A DNA stretch of 64,000 nucleotides from a virus: IMG/VR virus record IMGVR_UViG_3300009082_000018, positions 45,594-109,593 of that record. One strand, given 5' to 3'. The position numbers and the translations under genes are program-made. Under the pieces are notes generated by a model. That model did not search any database, had not been told where the DNA came from, and worked only from the letters and a program-made list of their open reading frames with translations. Of this stretch, positions 34,554 through 45,133 are shown piece after piece. Position 1 is the stretch's first letter. The number at the start of each line of letters is the position of its first letter.

Positions 34554-36109
34554 GCTACATCCTTCTTTCGTCGAGCTGACCGGCGGATGGCTGGGATGAA
34601 CGGCGCGTTCCTGGGACCCTTGATGTGATCCTTGCGCCAGAACAAAAGCACGGACATCCACTCATCTCGCTTCTTTGGAGCCACGCCTCGCTTGGCCAAT
34701 TCCTTGGCAGTCTCTGAGTCGGGCCATTGGTCTGTGAAGATCTTTCGACGTTTGTCTCGACGCAGCTGTTTCTCTAGTTTTGGATCAAGTGGTAGCGGAC
34801 CTCGCATGATTCGACAGTTGGTGCTGCCTCGCACATCGTGCCGGTATCGCAATTCCCAATGCCTGCGTGGGGCGGACAGAACCTGCCGCTGCTTCTCCTG
34901 CAGGATGTCCTCGTGCATGGTGATCGTGTAGTAGGGCGCGGGGATGTGCTGCAACTTCATTCGCTTGGCGGACTTCTTGTACCTGTTCCGGTAGCCGAAG
35001 GACTTGGTCCTCTCTTCGATGGTCACCTGGTGATCGTTGATCCACTCAACAATCCAGGTCACCACCCAAGGCATCAACGTTGCCGGCCTTACCCATTCGT
35101 CCCCTTTCCGATCAGTGAATGGTAGTATGCTTGCGTGCTCTCCATGCTTCCCGTGGACAATATTGGCGAGTGTGAACACAGTTCCTGTCGACGTAATGAT
35201 GACTGCACACAGCCAAGCTGATCCAGTTTCTTCCAGGCTGTTAATGTTATAAGCCATCCTTTGGATTTCTGACATCTCCAATGGCGGATCGATGGCAAGG
35301 TAGAGAACATCAAATGGGAACTTCTCTGGCCACATACTGCCACAGGTATCTTTGATCGTCTTCATGTACTTGGCAGCATGATCATCATCTCTGATTACAA
35401 CACCGTCGTAGTCCCAACCGCAGTTCTTCGTGGTCAGTCGATCTGCGAGGTGGTAGAAGTTTGCAAATAGACTCACCGGCACTTCGAAGATGCGTGCCTG
35501 GTTGACCAATCCCCAGTTGAGACTGGCTCTCTGACGTTCAGCTTCTCCCAGCTCGGTGGCTGCAGAGGCCTTTCGAAACGTCGCCAATGCTGTGAGGTAC
35601 AGCTCCACAACCAGGTCCCGACCATTGATGAACGTGGTCTTGTTATTTGGATCACCTGGGATGCCGGGGATACGAAACGGAACCGTGTTCGATACCATCT
35701 CCTCGAGTGGGGCTCGTTGATTGACAATGTCGACCCACTTGTCAAAGGCCGCAGCTCCTTCCGGCGACAGGACGGACCTGAACTTCATGAGTTTCTCAGC
35801 TCTAAGCCTGGCCGCTCCAGGAAACTTAGTGATGTCTCCACCAGACTCGAACACCTTCACTGCTATTGACCCAAGCTCGTTGGCGATCTGCTCTTCGATG
35901 CGCTTGACCTCGTTGGCCAGACCGCAATCGATGCACTTCTCCTGCTCGATGTGCTTCTCGAGGAACTTGATCCGCAGCTCTGCTGCGTTGGGCTCGTCCC
36001 AGGTCTCGGACGTGTACTCCACCGCATCCATGCAGAAGCCACCCTGCCAGATGTTGACTAGCTTCTGCCACTTCTTAGGATCGGTTATAGGCTTCACCGG
36101 GCACCTCAC
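34550..36109 (-). CDS. Hypothetical 519-aa protein
   Basis: Long ORF; C-terminal HDVRG...FWRKDHIKGP pattern. Confidence 0.7.
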   Translation of the reverse strand: MRCPVKPITDPKKWQKLVNIWQGGFCMDAVEYTSETWDEPNAAELRIKFLEKHIEQEKCIDCGLANEVKRIEEQIANELGSIAVKVFESGGDITKFPGAARLRAEKLMKFRSVLSPEGAAAFDKWVDIVNQRAPLEEMVSNTVPFRIPGIPGDPNNKTTFINGRDLVVELYLTALATFRKASAATELGEAERQRASLNWGLVNQARIFEVPVSLFANFYHLADRLTTKNCGWDYDGVVIRDDDHAAKYMKTIKDTCGSMWPEKFPFDVLYLAIDPPLEMSEIQRMAYNINSLEETGSAWLCAVIITSTGTVFTLANIVHGKHGEHASILPFTDRKGDEWVRPATLMPWVVTWIVEWINDHQVTIEERTKSFGYRNRYKKSAKRMKLQHIPAPYYTITMHEDILQEKQRQVLSAPRRHWELRYRHDVRGSTNCRIMRGPLPLDPKLEKQLRRDKRRKIFTDQWPDSETAKELAKRGVAPKKRDEWMSVLLFWRKDHIKGPRNAPFIPAIRRSARRKKDVA

Positions 36110-36614
36110 TCAGCAGCCTGTCAATGACCCTCTTGATCTTGGTTCTGGAGTACTTCACCTGCCTCTTGGTCACACCGAGATATGAAGCCAGCCGCCAGTT
36201 AGCGATGGTCCCGCGCTCTCTCACCTGGTCTGTCACCAGATGCACTGGAGGATTGGCCAGAGTCTGGAAGACCTTCCTGTCCATGGGTCCAAGCTGGCTA
36301 CTGATCTTCTCAATCAGGCTGTCGTATGATTGCTCTGGGATTGAGTAGCTACTACAAGTCTCAGCAGCGAAGACAGTGTTGTATTTGATTCTAGCTACCT
36401 CTGCCTCCATCATGTTGATGGCTCGCCACCGCAGATGCCGGCCAATGAACGTGAGGAAGGTGTTCTCTGAGTCGTCGTAGCGCGGAGTGGCAGTCACGAC
36501 CTCGAGCCACAAGTCCTGCAACGCATCATCGAAGGAAAGGGACGGCATGTGGGTCACCATCCAGTGGGCAAACCACTTCACCGCTCTGTGTACGTCAGGA
36601 CTTGTGATATTCAT
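36075..36614 (-). CDS. Sigma70/ECF-like sigma factor
   Basis: DDALQDLWLEVV..RYD..TFLTFI region 2; C-terminal HTH LASYLGVTKRQV. Confidence 0.7.
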   Translation of the reverse strand: MNITSPDVHRAVKWFAHWMVTHMPSLSFDDALQDLWLEVVTATPRYDDSENTFLTFIGRHLRWRAINMMEAEVARIKYNTVFAAETCSSYSIPEQSYDSLIEKISSQLGPMDRKVFQTLANPPVHLVTDQVRERGTIANWRLASYLGVTKRQVKYSRTKIKRVIDRLLSEVPGEAYNRS

Positions 36615-38479
36615 CGGGCACCTATATGGACCTGCTGATTCTTCCGCAGTAGCCGATCCAACTCTCCTAGCATCACCTTAGGAAGGTCTGTCAGATCGTT
36701 GATCACGACTGAGTTTTTGAAGTACTTCTTCACATTGTCGGTCATGATGCCGACAGCGAAGACTTCGATTGCTTTCTCTACTTCCTTGGCCACCCTCTTG
36801 AGGTACAGCTCATGATCTTCTTGGAACTGTTGCACGTTTGGGCACGGCTCACCGTCGTTGAACCAGAACAGCAAGCGACGAGGCTCCTGGTATGAGAGGA
36901 GCCTCTGAGCCGCCAGCCTCAGGCACTCACCGTCGTAGGTGTTGTCGTGTTGCTGTCGCTCCATGGCAGCACATCGGTGCTTGACCACGTGCCACGACTC
37001 GTTGAAGGACTTGTAAACCCCGACCCAGATGCCGCCCCAGCGAGTGAACACCTTCTGATCGGCAGGCGAGGCACTCTCGTAGACTGAGTAGCCTGCATAG
37101 GACGAGGTGGATGTCGAGAACCCGCAGACCTCGAATGGGATCTTCAGGGCTTCCAGTACCTCACCGAAAAGCATGGCACTGGCAGCAGCCAGTCTGAGCT
37201 TGGCACCGTGCATGGAGCCAGAGTGGTCCACCCAAAGGCTGGCTCTGGTATTGAACTCCGGGGCCTCGACACGCTGCCAGAAGACTCGTTTGCTGGTCTC
37301 GAGGCTGACACGGAAGAGGGACCGTCGATCGACCTTCCCACGCTCCTTACCCGGGTCTCGAAGAGCGCGGTTGCGGGCCAAGAGGTTCCGCATCATCTTC
37401 ATCTTCATGACATTGGTAATCGCTCGGCTCTCGTCGAAGAGCTTACGAGCTGCCTGGATGTCACCACCATGGACCGGACTGATCTCATCCCTCTCCGTGG
37501 TGTAGACCAGGTAGGAACCACGAGACTGTTGCTGCGTCTTACGAGCTTCCTCACTCGCCAACTGCTGCCGGTCAGATAGCTGGTCATCCTGCTGTTGCTG
37601 CTGGTCCGTGGGATCGAAGTCAGACTTCAACGACTCGGGAGTGTCGTTTCCCTCGTCCAGATCGTCACCCTCTTCCTCGTCAGAACCATCCCCATCCGTT
37701 TCATCCTGATCTTCGTCATCATCTCCTGGAGCAGCCGGAGAATCACCCGGCTCTGTCTTCTTGTTGTCCTTCCGGCGACGCCGACGCTTCTTCTTGCCAT
37801 CTCCATCACCATCGGACTCAGACTCATCACCTTCGTTTCCTTCTTCCTCTGGTGGCGGCTCAGCCAGCTCGTGCAACTTGGTCAAGATCTGTTCAGCCAA
37901 CTCGAGGGTGGCCTTGTTGTCTGGCTGGTCCTTGGCAGTGACCAGGAGTGGAGCAACCTCTTCGACGTACTCCCAGAGCTTGGGCTCCGTGATCCTGACC
38001 CACTTGGTGAACTCATGGTCCTGGCCAAGCCCGGCCACTGCGCCGCACATCTGAGAAAGCTTGCCCCACTCGGACAAGCGATCCCAATTGCCGATGAGTC
38101 TCTTAGTGGCCCAGGAAGCAGTCTTCTCAAAGTTGGGCCGGCAGCCCCTCCACTTTTTGATCATGGCTGCTTCGATGCGAGCATCCTCGCAGATGTTGAC
38201 CATGGTGTGTAGCTTCTTGGGGGTCTTGTGCTTCTTGATCTTGGTGCCAAGAGTGAAGTCACTGTGCAGAACGTGGCTGGATTCGTGATCCACCAAGCCT
38301 GGGATGGCTTGCAGGAATTCCTCGGGGGCGCCCTCGCCGATGACGGGGAGGAAGATGCGCTTGCCGTCGGTGCAGCAGAGATCACCCTTGAAGATTACTT
38401 CGATGCCGTAGTTCTCAGCCAAAATGCGGCTGAGCTTCTCAGTGGTGTTCTCGATGAGCTGCACACGAGCGGTCTTCAT
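36611..38479 (-). CDS. CobT-like vWA protein
   Basis: CTDGKRIFLP, HESSH, EDARIE, acidic linker, VDHSGSM, DGE, NDGEP. Confidence 0.85.
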   Translation of the reverse strand: MKTARVQLIENTTEKLSRILAENYGIEVIFKGDLCCTDGKRIFLPVIGEGAPEEFLQAIPGLVDHESSHVLHSDFTLGTKIKKHKTPKKLHTMVNICEDARIEAAMIKKWRGCRPNFEKTASWATKRLIGNWDRLSEWGKLSQMCGAVAGLGQDHEFTKWVRITEPKLWEYVEEVAPLLVTAKDQPDNKATLELAEQILTKLHELAEPPPEEEGNEGDESESDGDGDGKKKRRRRRKDNKKTEPGDSPAAPGDDDEDQDETDGDGSDEEEGDDLDEGNDTPESLKSDFDPTDQQQQQDDQLSDRQQLASEEARKTQQQSRGSYLVYTTERDEISPVHGGDIQAARKLFDESRAITNVMKMKMMRNLLARNRALRDPGKERGKVDRRSLFRVSLETSKRVFWQRVEAPEFNTRASLWVDHSGSMHGAKLRLAAASAMLFGEVLEALKIPFEVCGFSTSTSSYAGYSVYESASPADQKVFTRWGGIWVGVYKSFNESWHVVKHRCAAMERQQHDNTYDGECLRLAAQRLLSYQEPRRLLFWFNDGEPCPNVQQFQEDHELYLKRVAKEVEKAIEVFAVGIMTDNVKKYFKNSVVINDLTDLPKVMLGELDRLLRKNQQVHIGAR

Positions 38480-38838
38480 GGTGCCTCAACCTTCTCCACA
38501 TCATTGATGTCACAGCTGAACCAGTACCCACCGTGGCCTGTCCAAACCACAGTAGGATTCGTCACAGGCAGGATGCCAGCTGTGGAGCCGGGGAGCAGGT
38601 GATGGATGCAGACCTTCCTACCACGTGGGTTGTCGTAGCTGGGCCCACGCTGTGGGTGTGTCGACTTGATGATCACTCCTTTTGGGATCAGAACGTAGTC
38701 TCCACGCTTGATCGGCAGTGAGTCCAAGCTATGGTAGCCCTCGTACTGGATGTTTCCGTCCCCTTCGCACAGACCACAGCCAGCGATTGGGAACTTGCTG
38801 GTGTCGCTTCCAGTTCCATTACACCGTGGGCACTTCAT
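38476..38838 (-). CDS. Hypothetical protein with DnaJ-type Zn finger
   Basis: CPRCNGTG, CGLCEGDG. Confidence 0.6.
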   Translation of the reverse strand: MKCPRCNGTGSDTSKFPIAGCGLCEGDGNIQYEGYHSLDSLPIKRGDYVLIPKGVIIKSTHPQRGPSYDNPRGRKVCIHHLLPGSTAGILPVTNPTVVWTGHGGYWFSCDINDVEKVEAP

Positions 38839-39035
38839 CGCTTGATCCCCCTTGAGGTCTCGAAAGGCATTCCTTCCAGCATGGCTTCCAAGATCAGTGT
38901 TGAGTCAGCACCCTCTTGCTCCAACTTCAGAGCCTTGGGTGGCAGGATGTGGCACATGTGATTCACTGGCATGCCATCCGAGAGCCTGTGCCCTTGGTTG
39001 CAGTAGGAAGTGCAGTAGATCTGCTCATCGTCCAT
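38835..39035 (-). CDS. Hypothetical protein
   Basis: ORF downstream of a motif copy. Confidence 0.5.
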   Translation of the reverse strand: MDDEQIYCTSYCNQGHRLSDGMPVNHMCHILPPKALKLEQEGADSTLILEAMLEGMPFETSRGIKR

Positions 39036-39038
39036 GGT

Positions 39039-39275
39039 TCACTTATTGTCGATCTCTGTTTTCCTCAGCTCCACGAACTTGCTACTGTCAGCCCCCTCTC
39101 CGGTGATGACAAAGTCTTCTGTCATCTTCAGGAGTTGAAGGAAGAACTCGATTCCGTATTTGCAGCACAAGTAGCTGACGTCCATGGGCCCCGTGGCCAG
39201 GTCTTTGCGGACCCTGCGCAGCAGCGGCTCGAAGATGCTGACAACCTCACCAAGGGGCTTTTGGGGATCGCTCAT
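39039..39275 (-). CDS. Hypothetical protein
   Basis: ORF. Confidence 0.5.
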   Translation of the reverse strand: MSDPQKPLGEVVSIFEPLLRRVRKDLATGPMDVSYLCCKYGIEFFLQLLKMTEDFVITGEGADSSKFVELRKTEIDNK

Positions 39276-39507
39276 AGGTCACTCTCACTTCTTCTAGATC
39301 GATTACTCCCTCGTCATCCACCTTCTGAATAGTCAACTGCACTCCCGCCGGTAGCACTACAGTAAGAATTGGGTCGCAGTGATTCTTTGTCTTCAACCAC
39401 CCCGCGATCGTATCTGTGAGCTTTTGGGCTGCTGTGACCATCTGCTCCATATAGATCTCGTCGTAGTCCTCTTTGGTGCATTGGAGCACAGCAAGGTAGC
39501 GAAACAT
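39247..39507 (-). CDS. Hypothetical protein
   Basis: ORF; ends RSPKAPW. Confidence 0.55.
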   Translation of the reverse strand: MFRYLAVLQCTKEDYDEIYMEQMVTAAQKLTDTIAGWLKTKNHCDPILTVVLPAGVQLTIQKVDDEGVIDLEEVRVTYERSPKAPW

Positions 39508-39508
39508 C

Positions 39509-40516
39509 CTATGTGTCCTCGAAAGCTCTCTGTACGATGCCTCGACAGACCTCTGCGTCCTCAGTGTTCATGCGGTTTAGGAAGCAGTACTTGGCTGCCG
39601 TGATTGGGTTTCCGATGAAGAGGTACTTCTCCACCCAGTTGATCAAGTCGCGAGTGGAGAGGGGAACGCTCAGTTGGTGATTGGCGAAGGCGTCGCGCAC
39701 CTTGTTGATGCACTTGACGAAGGCGGTAGCCTCGTGGTTCTTGAGCGGAGGAGTGTGCCTGGTGAACTTCTTCAGCAGCATCTTCTCCTCGTTTTCCGGC
39801 TTGAGCCAGTCCATCTTGATCGTGAGACCGAACCTGTTGAGCTGAGCGTAGTTCTGCACCCGGGTTCCGTGAGCGTAGAGCCCAGTGTCGTCGCCCTGCC
39901 CGCAGGTGTTGGCAGTGGCCACGATCACGTTGTCCGGGTGCAGATCGACGATCTCGATTTCTCCATCTTCGTCCGCTCCCTTCTCCAGGAGCATGAGCTT
40001 GCCATCTTCCCGCTGCAGCAGTCGCTGAATCACGAAGCTGGTGTCGGCGTTGATGGTGTCCCACTCGTCCAAGATGATGATCGTCCCGGGGGTTGTCATG
40101 GCCACTGGCAGGATTCCCCGCTGGTAGACCATGGTTCCCTTCTTGACCACCCACTCACCCACTAGGTCGTTGCGGGTGAGGCAGGCGTCGAAACTGATCT
40201 TGAAGACGGAGTAGTTGAGCCTGGCAGCCACCTGCTCGACCAGCGACGTCTTGCCCGTGCCGGTGTGTCCAACCAGGAGGACCCGGTCTCGGTTGGTCAT
40301 GCCGAGGAGGAGAACCCGGGTCTCGTCCTTGGAGAAGATGTAGCCCGGGTCGATGGGAGGCGTGTAGCGAGTCGAGTCGGAGAAGCCCTCGATTTCCACG
40401 TCGTCCTTCAGGTCGAGCCCGAAGGTCGCGTTACGGGAGAAGGCCTTCTTCTCTCGCGAGGCTGCCGGAGCCTTGCGTGGCCCCAACGGGGGCGGGGTTT
40501 TCTTGATATCGCTCAC
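39509..40516 (-). CDS. CobS/MoxR-type AAA+ ATPase
   Basis: GHTGTGKTS, ILDEWD, ATANTCGQGD, LNRF. Confidence 0.9.
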   Translation of the reverse strand: MSDIKKTPPPLGPRKAPAASREKKAFSRNATFGLDLKDDVEIEGFSDSTRYTPPIDPGYIFSKDETRVLLLGMTNRDRVLLVGHTGTGKTSLVEQVAARLNYSVFKISFDACLTRNDLVGEWVVKKGTMVYQRGILPVAMTTPGTIIILDEWDTINADTSFVIQRLLQREDGKLMLLEKGADEDGEIEIVDLHPDNVIVATANTCGQGDDTGLYAHGTRVQNYAQLNRFGLTIKMDWLKPENEEKMLLKKFTRHTPPLKNHEATAFVKCINKVRDAFANHQLSVPLSTRDLINWVEKYLFIGNPITAAKYCFLNRMNTEDAEVCRGIVQRAFEDT

Positions 40517-40654
40517 ATTGATCTCCTATTCCATGAGAGCCAGCTGCACGACCCCGTTGTAGTCGATCTCTAATTTCCAGCCTATCGACTGTGCTCAGCA
40601 TGGAATTCATGACTATCACATGTATCATAGGGATAGCAAGCATTTTATACGAGA

Positions 40655-41170
40655 TCACCAAATAGCCTTTGATTCTCTATCCTTAGCTAAGTCCATGAAA
40701 GAAGTAACTTTTTCAGGGATGATCCCATTTTCTTCATCACCATGGGAGTTTACCCACAGGAATCGATCGTTTGTCACGATGGTATCGATGTTCATGTAGT
40801 TGAAATTCAAGTGATTTGCAGGTCGATCCCATTTCCCACCAAGGCCCATGATACGCTTTTTCCACGTTTCCATGGCCCTCTGAGAGTCCAAGCTGGAGTA
40901 CTCTACAGCCTCAACATTCTGTAATCCAAGCTCTTTTATCAACTTTCGGATCGACGTACCTGGCCAAGATGCGCTCCGTTCCTTCACGATGTCATAAAAG
41001 ATCACCACCCTTTGGAACTGAGACGCTACCTGCTGCAGCAATCTGACGCTCCATTTGATCAACCCGGCGTCTTCAGGATGGTTCGAGGTCATGAATCGTC
41101 CGGTGTGGTGCCGGATCAAAAACAGATCAGCAGTCTTGACAATGAGAATCTCGCTCATCGAGCTGCCCAA
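40655..41170 (-). CDS. Hypothetical protein
   Basis: ORF. Confidence 0.55.
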   Translation of the reverse strand: MGSSMSEILIVKTADLFLIRHHTGRFMTSNHPEDAGLIKWSVRLLQQVASQFQRVVIFYDIVKERSASWPGTSIRKLIKELGLQNVEAVEYSSLDSQRAMETWKKRIMGLGGKWDRPANHLNFNYMNIDTIVTNDRFLWVNSHGDEENGIIPEKVTSFMDLAKDRESKAIW

Positions 41171-42312
41171 CTGCAGAACTCCGGCGACTGCACGTCGATC
41201 GCTGCCTTGACCTCAGCCTCCATCAGCTCGGCTGAGTGCAATGGGCAATTAGGATCTAGTGTGTCGCCGAGGTCCAGATCGAGTCTGTCCCAGGCCTCGT
41301 GTTGGTACGGAAAGACCTTGACGATGAACATGCCTGAGAGTTTCTCAGCCATCTTGATCATCTTACTTTTTGCGTCTCGGTCCCATGCCAATATGATCTC
41401 TTTTACTCGATTCCTTTGCAAGAGATCAATTTGGCTATCGCTGAGCTTCTTCCCGAAGCAGGCGAAGCCAAGGCGGCTCGTCATCTCCCGAATCGCATGC
41501 GCGTCGATAATGCCCTCGGTGAGGACCACACGACCAAGGCCCATGGAGTTGGGATGGAAGAGGCCTCCCACCCAGCGTCCAAGAGGCCAAAAGAAATGAG
41601 CAAGATCTGTGTCTGGCCAGTTGACCCACTTGGGCCTCTCCCAAGCAGCGCCAGCATCTCGTGCTACAGCAGATCGACACGTTCCTTCTTGATCGTAGAT
41701 TGGGAAGATGATTCGCTTGACAAAGGTGTTCTGATACTTCTCTGGCAGGAAAGGGAGCTTGGAAACGCAGTACCTGACGTCGTAGAGGGCCTGCCGGTCA
41801 TCTGGGAAGCCTCGCTTGCCAGCGTAGCGCTTGAAGCTCTGGGAAGCTCTGCCAGTGGCCTCAGAGAGCTTGTAGAACTGCCTGGGCATGTCGATGGTCC
41901 GAAGCTCAGGTACGACCTTTTCCTCCTCCCCAGTGCCCTCCTCTAGCTCGAACATCCTCTCCAGAGCCATATCCAGGTCTTCGCAGTCGGGAGTGATCTC
42001 GACAGACTTGATGACCCTCTGAAGAGCTACCTGGAAAGAAATGTGTTCAGCATCGGCGATGAAGCGGGGCAAGAAAGCAGTACCACGCTGCACGTCTGGG
42101 TCGCCATAGCCGCACTTGTAGCAAATCCAGGCCTTCTTGTGGATGTTGATCCAAAGATGTGCGTGAGTGTCTGAGCCGGCGCAGCCCTTGGGAGCGAAGC
42201 AGTTGACTCGAAGTTCGCTGCTCCCTGATGGGATCACTCTGTCGAAGGTGCCGTGGACGTAGCTCTCGAGATCAAAATTCTGAAGTGCCCGCCTCAGTTT
42301 TTCGTCGATCAT
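41155..42312 (-). CDS. DNA primase (Zn finger plus TOPRIM)
   Basis: C..H..CYKCG, RIIFPI, LTEGIIDA, WDRD. Confidence 0.88.
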   Translation of the reverse strand: MIDEKLRRALQNFDLESYVHGTFDRVIPSGSSELRVNCFAPKGCAGSDTHAHLWINIHKKAWICYKCGYGDPDVQRGTAFLPRFIADAEHISFQVALQRVIKSVEITPDCEDLDMALERMFELEEGTGEEEKVVPELRTIDMPRQFYKLSEATGRASQSFKRYAGKRGFPDDRQALYDVRYCVSKLPFLPEKYQNTFVKRIIFPIYDQEGTCRSAVARDAGAAWERPKWVNWPDTDLAHFFWPLGRWVGGLFHPNSMGLGRVVLTEGIIDAHAIREMTSRLGFACFGKKLSDSQIDLLQRNRVKEIILAWDRDAKSKMIKMAEKLSGMFIVKVFPYQHEAWDRLDLDLGDTLDPNCPLHSAELMEAEVKAAIDVQSPEFCSWAAR

Positions 42313-42478
42313 GAATGTACTCCATCCGGAAACCGGGTTGACGCCTCAACCAGCGCTCCAATTGGATTGCGCGTTGACCCTTGAAGCGTCTGACAATAGG
42401 AGGAGTGCTCACAACTACACCATCCTGATCAACTTCCACTCCCACCGTCATTCTTGTTGTGCTGAACCAAACCCACAT
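42272..42478 (-). CDS. Hypothetical protein
   Basis: ORF between helicase and primase. Confidence 0.5.
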   Translation of the reverse strand: MWVWFSTTRMTVGVEVDQDGVVVSTPPIVRRFKGQRAIQLERWLRRQPGFRMEYIHDRRKTEAGTSEF

Positions 42479-42482
42479 AGGA

Positions 42483-43916
42483 TTATGGTGGTCCTACTTG
42501 TACCCGTGGCGGGCGACTGATCGTAGTCTTCTTCAAAGGTGGTGGCTTCTTTTGGATCGTCGGTACGGTGATGATCTTCTCGCCGCTCTTGTTGAATTCC
42601 ACCGTCGGGTCGTAGAAGCACATGCGCTCGAGGTCTGTCTGAATCTGGACCATGACGCCCCTGGGACCGTTGCGGTTCTTGGCCAGCAGAAGCCTCATGA
42701 TGCCTTCCTTGGCCTCTTTCGGAGTCTGGTTGATGGTGACCAGGAGGTCGGTGTGCATGGCCTTGCCGATGTCCTCCGACGTGTCCTCCTCGTCGTGGGT
42801 TTCCTTGGCATAGGCGGCCCGGCGGCTCTGGGTGGCTGAGATGAGAGGCACATCGAACTCACCAGCCAAGTTACGCAGGCCCAGCGTGATCTCTGTGAGC
42901 TGCTCTCGCTTCTCCAAGCGCAGGTCGTGGCTCTTCACCAGGTCCAGATAGTCGACCAGGATGAGGTCTGGTATGAATCCAGATCCAATGCACTTCTCTA
43001 TGTGGGCCCGGATGGTGTGGATAGTGGGCGCATGCATCGGGTAGTACTTGATGATCAAGCTATTGCCAAAGACCTTGCCCATGTCGCCCAGTGCAGTAGC
43101 TAGTTCCGCTTCCTGGTCCACTAGGTCTTTGACCTTGATCCTGGAGAACGAGGCATCGTAGCGCTCAGCTACCTCGTCCTCGCTCAACTCCATGGTGTAG
43201 TGCAGTACCTTCTTCTTGAAGATCACCGCTCGCTTGCCGCAGTGGACCAGAGCGATAGACTTGCCTCGAGATGTAGGGGCCATCCACAGAAAAAGCTGCC
43301 GGGCCTTGACGCCTCCACCCATTAACTCGTCCAGCTCGGTGATACCCGTGGGCATGATCTTCATCTGCTGCCGGATGATTCGATTGGCAATGCGCTCGGC
43401 GTAGCTGATGAAGTACTGGCTGCCGATGTCGTTAACTGAGGTCCCGACCCGAAGTGCCTTCGAAAGCAGACTTTCGATCTCGTCGAAGGCTGTATCGTCT
43501 GTAGCAGTCCTGGTGAGCAGGGGTGGAACCTCGAGGATGGCCTTCTTGATCGCCTGGTGGCGGCAGAAGGTGGAGATCTCCTCTATGATGTAGACTTTGT
43601 TGTCGACAGGTTCCTTGATCTTCTTGTAGACCTCAAGGAACGAGTGAACCTCAGCGGACTTGATCCTGTTGTTGGTTGAGTCCTTCTTCAACTCGTTACG
43701 AAGAGCGATGTCGTCCATCCTCATCTGATAGTTTCGATAGTAGGAACGAAAAGTCTCGAAGTACCAGGCGAGAATGCCGTCGGCAAAGTAGGCCGACTCG
43801 ACGATGTCTTGAGCGAGGAGAAGGAACTCGAAGTCCTTCATCATCAGAGCCAGGACTTTGATTTGGAAGTCCCGGCTGAACGAGAATTTGGAAGTTGCCA
43901 CTGAGGATCCTTTCAA
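42483..43916 (-). CDS. DnaB-like replicative helicase
   Basis: PTGITELD, APTSRGKS, TMEL, VDYLDL, ATQ, KNRNGP. Confidence 0.92.
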   Translation of the reverse strand: MKGSSVATSKFSFSRDFQIKVLALMMKDFEFLLLAQDIVESAYFADGILAWYFETFRSYYRNYQMRMDDIALRNELKKDSTNNRIKSAEVHSFLEVYKKIKEPVDNKVYIIEEISTFCRHQAIKKAILEVPPLLTRTATDDTAFDEIESLLSKALRVGTSVNDIGSQYFISYAERIANRIIRQQMKIMPTGITELDELMGGGVKARQLFLWMAPTSRGKSIALVHCGKRAVIFKKKVLHYTMELSEDEVAERYDASFSRIKVKDLVDQEAELATALGDMGKVFGNSLIIKYYPMHAPTIHTIRAHIEKCIGSGFIPDLILVDYLDLVKSHDLRLEKREQLTEITLGLRNLAGEFDVPLISATQSRRAAYAKETHDEEDTSEDIGKAMHTDLLVTINQTPKEAKEGIMRLLLAKNRNGPRGVMVQIQTDLERMCFYDPTVEFNKSGEKIITVPTIQKKPPPLKKTTISRPPRVQVGPP

Positions 43917-43953
43917 GACTCCGCATGGCGTGGGAACAAAACATCGGTCCCGA

Positions 43954-44487
43954 TCACACTTCAGAGCGACGGAGTATGAACATCTGCTTCAACTGCTGAT
44001 ACAGCACGTCGACCTTCGTTGGCTTGAGGTTTTTGATCTTGTATCCCCACTTCATATGCTTCCACCAAGAGTGGTGCTTGTCGTCACATGTTCGATCGTG
44101 GTAGGCCCGCCACATCTCAGCCAGCCGGCTCCACTCTTGCAGGTTCGTTAGAGGACGATACAGCTCTTTCTCGCGTCCTAGGAATTTGGCTGATCCATTG
44201 GCAGACACATGCACTTGGCCCAATCCATAGTCGTTGGTTGAAGAGCGAAGATTAGATTTCCACTGACTCTCGTGTGTGATGAATGCCACCAGCAGTAGAG
44301 GATCAATTCTTCTACGAGATGTCACCTTGTGGACAATCTTCGCGTAGTGTCGCACCAGTCTGCGCGACAACTGTGGAGCGACTTTTTGGATTGCCACTTT
44401 CACTTCTTGCACTGTGTAGTACTTTTCAATCGTCGAATGTTCTAGTTCTGGAAACAGGAAGAATAGTGCCAGAAAGATCGTCTGCAT
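43954..44487 (-). CDS. Lytic transglycosylase (SLT-like)
   Basis: IDPLLLVAFITHESQW, YGLGQV; hydrophobic N-terminus. Confidence 0.75.
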   Translation of the reverse strand: MQTIFLALFFLFPELEHSTIEKYYTVQEVKVAIQKVAPQLSRRLVRHYAKIVHKVTSRRRIDPLLLVAFITHESQWKSNLRSSTNDYGLGQVHVSANGSAKFLGREKELYRPLTNLQEWSRLAEMWRAYHDRTCDDKHHSWWKHMKWGYKIKNLKPTKVDVLYQQLKQMFILRRSEV

Positions 44488-44604
44488 GGGGCCTCCTCAG
44501 GACGTACTTCACCTCTCGATGACGCCGTCTCTGGAAACCCACATGACTCGTCCAGCGGCCGACGAACACACCGACGATGAAGCAAAGAAAAAAGTACAGC
44601 ATGA

Positions 44605-45123
44605 TCAGATTCGTCCCAATCGCTTTAACTCGTTGAACACCGAGTTATGAATCAACCAGCGGGTATCGAAGATCCCGACTGGCGCGAATCTTTCGATGCA
44701 CTGTCTCTCGTCCAGGCCCCAGTCTAGCATCAATCGTTCTAGCCTAGTTTTGTTGATCCTGTCAAGTTCCTGATCTGTGATCTTCGCATTGAAAATCACG
44801 CGTGACTCAACAGAAGCTGAAATCTCACCTGAATCTACTCGCTTCCTGTACTCCTTGTAGCGTTCTTTTGCTGGAAATGCACCAGTCCTTCCTCGCAATT
44901 CGTAAGGCTTCGCTGCTCGTCTCTGCGTGCGATGAATCCAGAAGAATTGGGCCCGGCAGAAATCTTCATAGGGAGCTTTGATCTCGTCGGCGATCTTGGA
45001 TGCCTCCAGGAGAGCCTTGTAGACTCTTGATTCTGGATCAAGCTCACTGTGCCGGTTCACCCAGCGAAGCGTTGGCTTGAGGCGGTACTCTCCAAGAACG
45101 GCCTCGTAGGCCAAGGCCATCAT
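44605..45123 (-). CDS. Hypothetical protein
   Basis: Start probably MMALAY; the upstream S-rich extension is a shadow of the overlapping ORF. Confidence 0.6.
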   Translation of the reverse strand: MMALAYEAVLGEYRLKPTLRWVNRHSELDPESRVYKALLEASKIADEIKAPYEDFCRAQFFWIHRTQRRAAKPYELRGRTGAFPAKERYKEYRKRVDSGEISASVESRVIFNAKITDQELDRINKTRLERLMLDWGLDERQCIERFAPVGIFDTRWLIHNSVFNELKRLGRI

Positions 45124-45133
45124 GAATGCTGGA

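Noticed and set aside
14309-43916. Inteins or introns in TerL, RecA, PolA or DnaB
   Set aside because: Normal lengths, contiguous motifs and no splice-junction signatures
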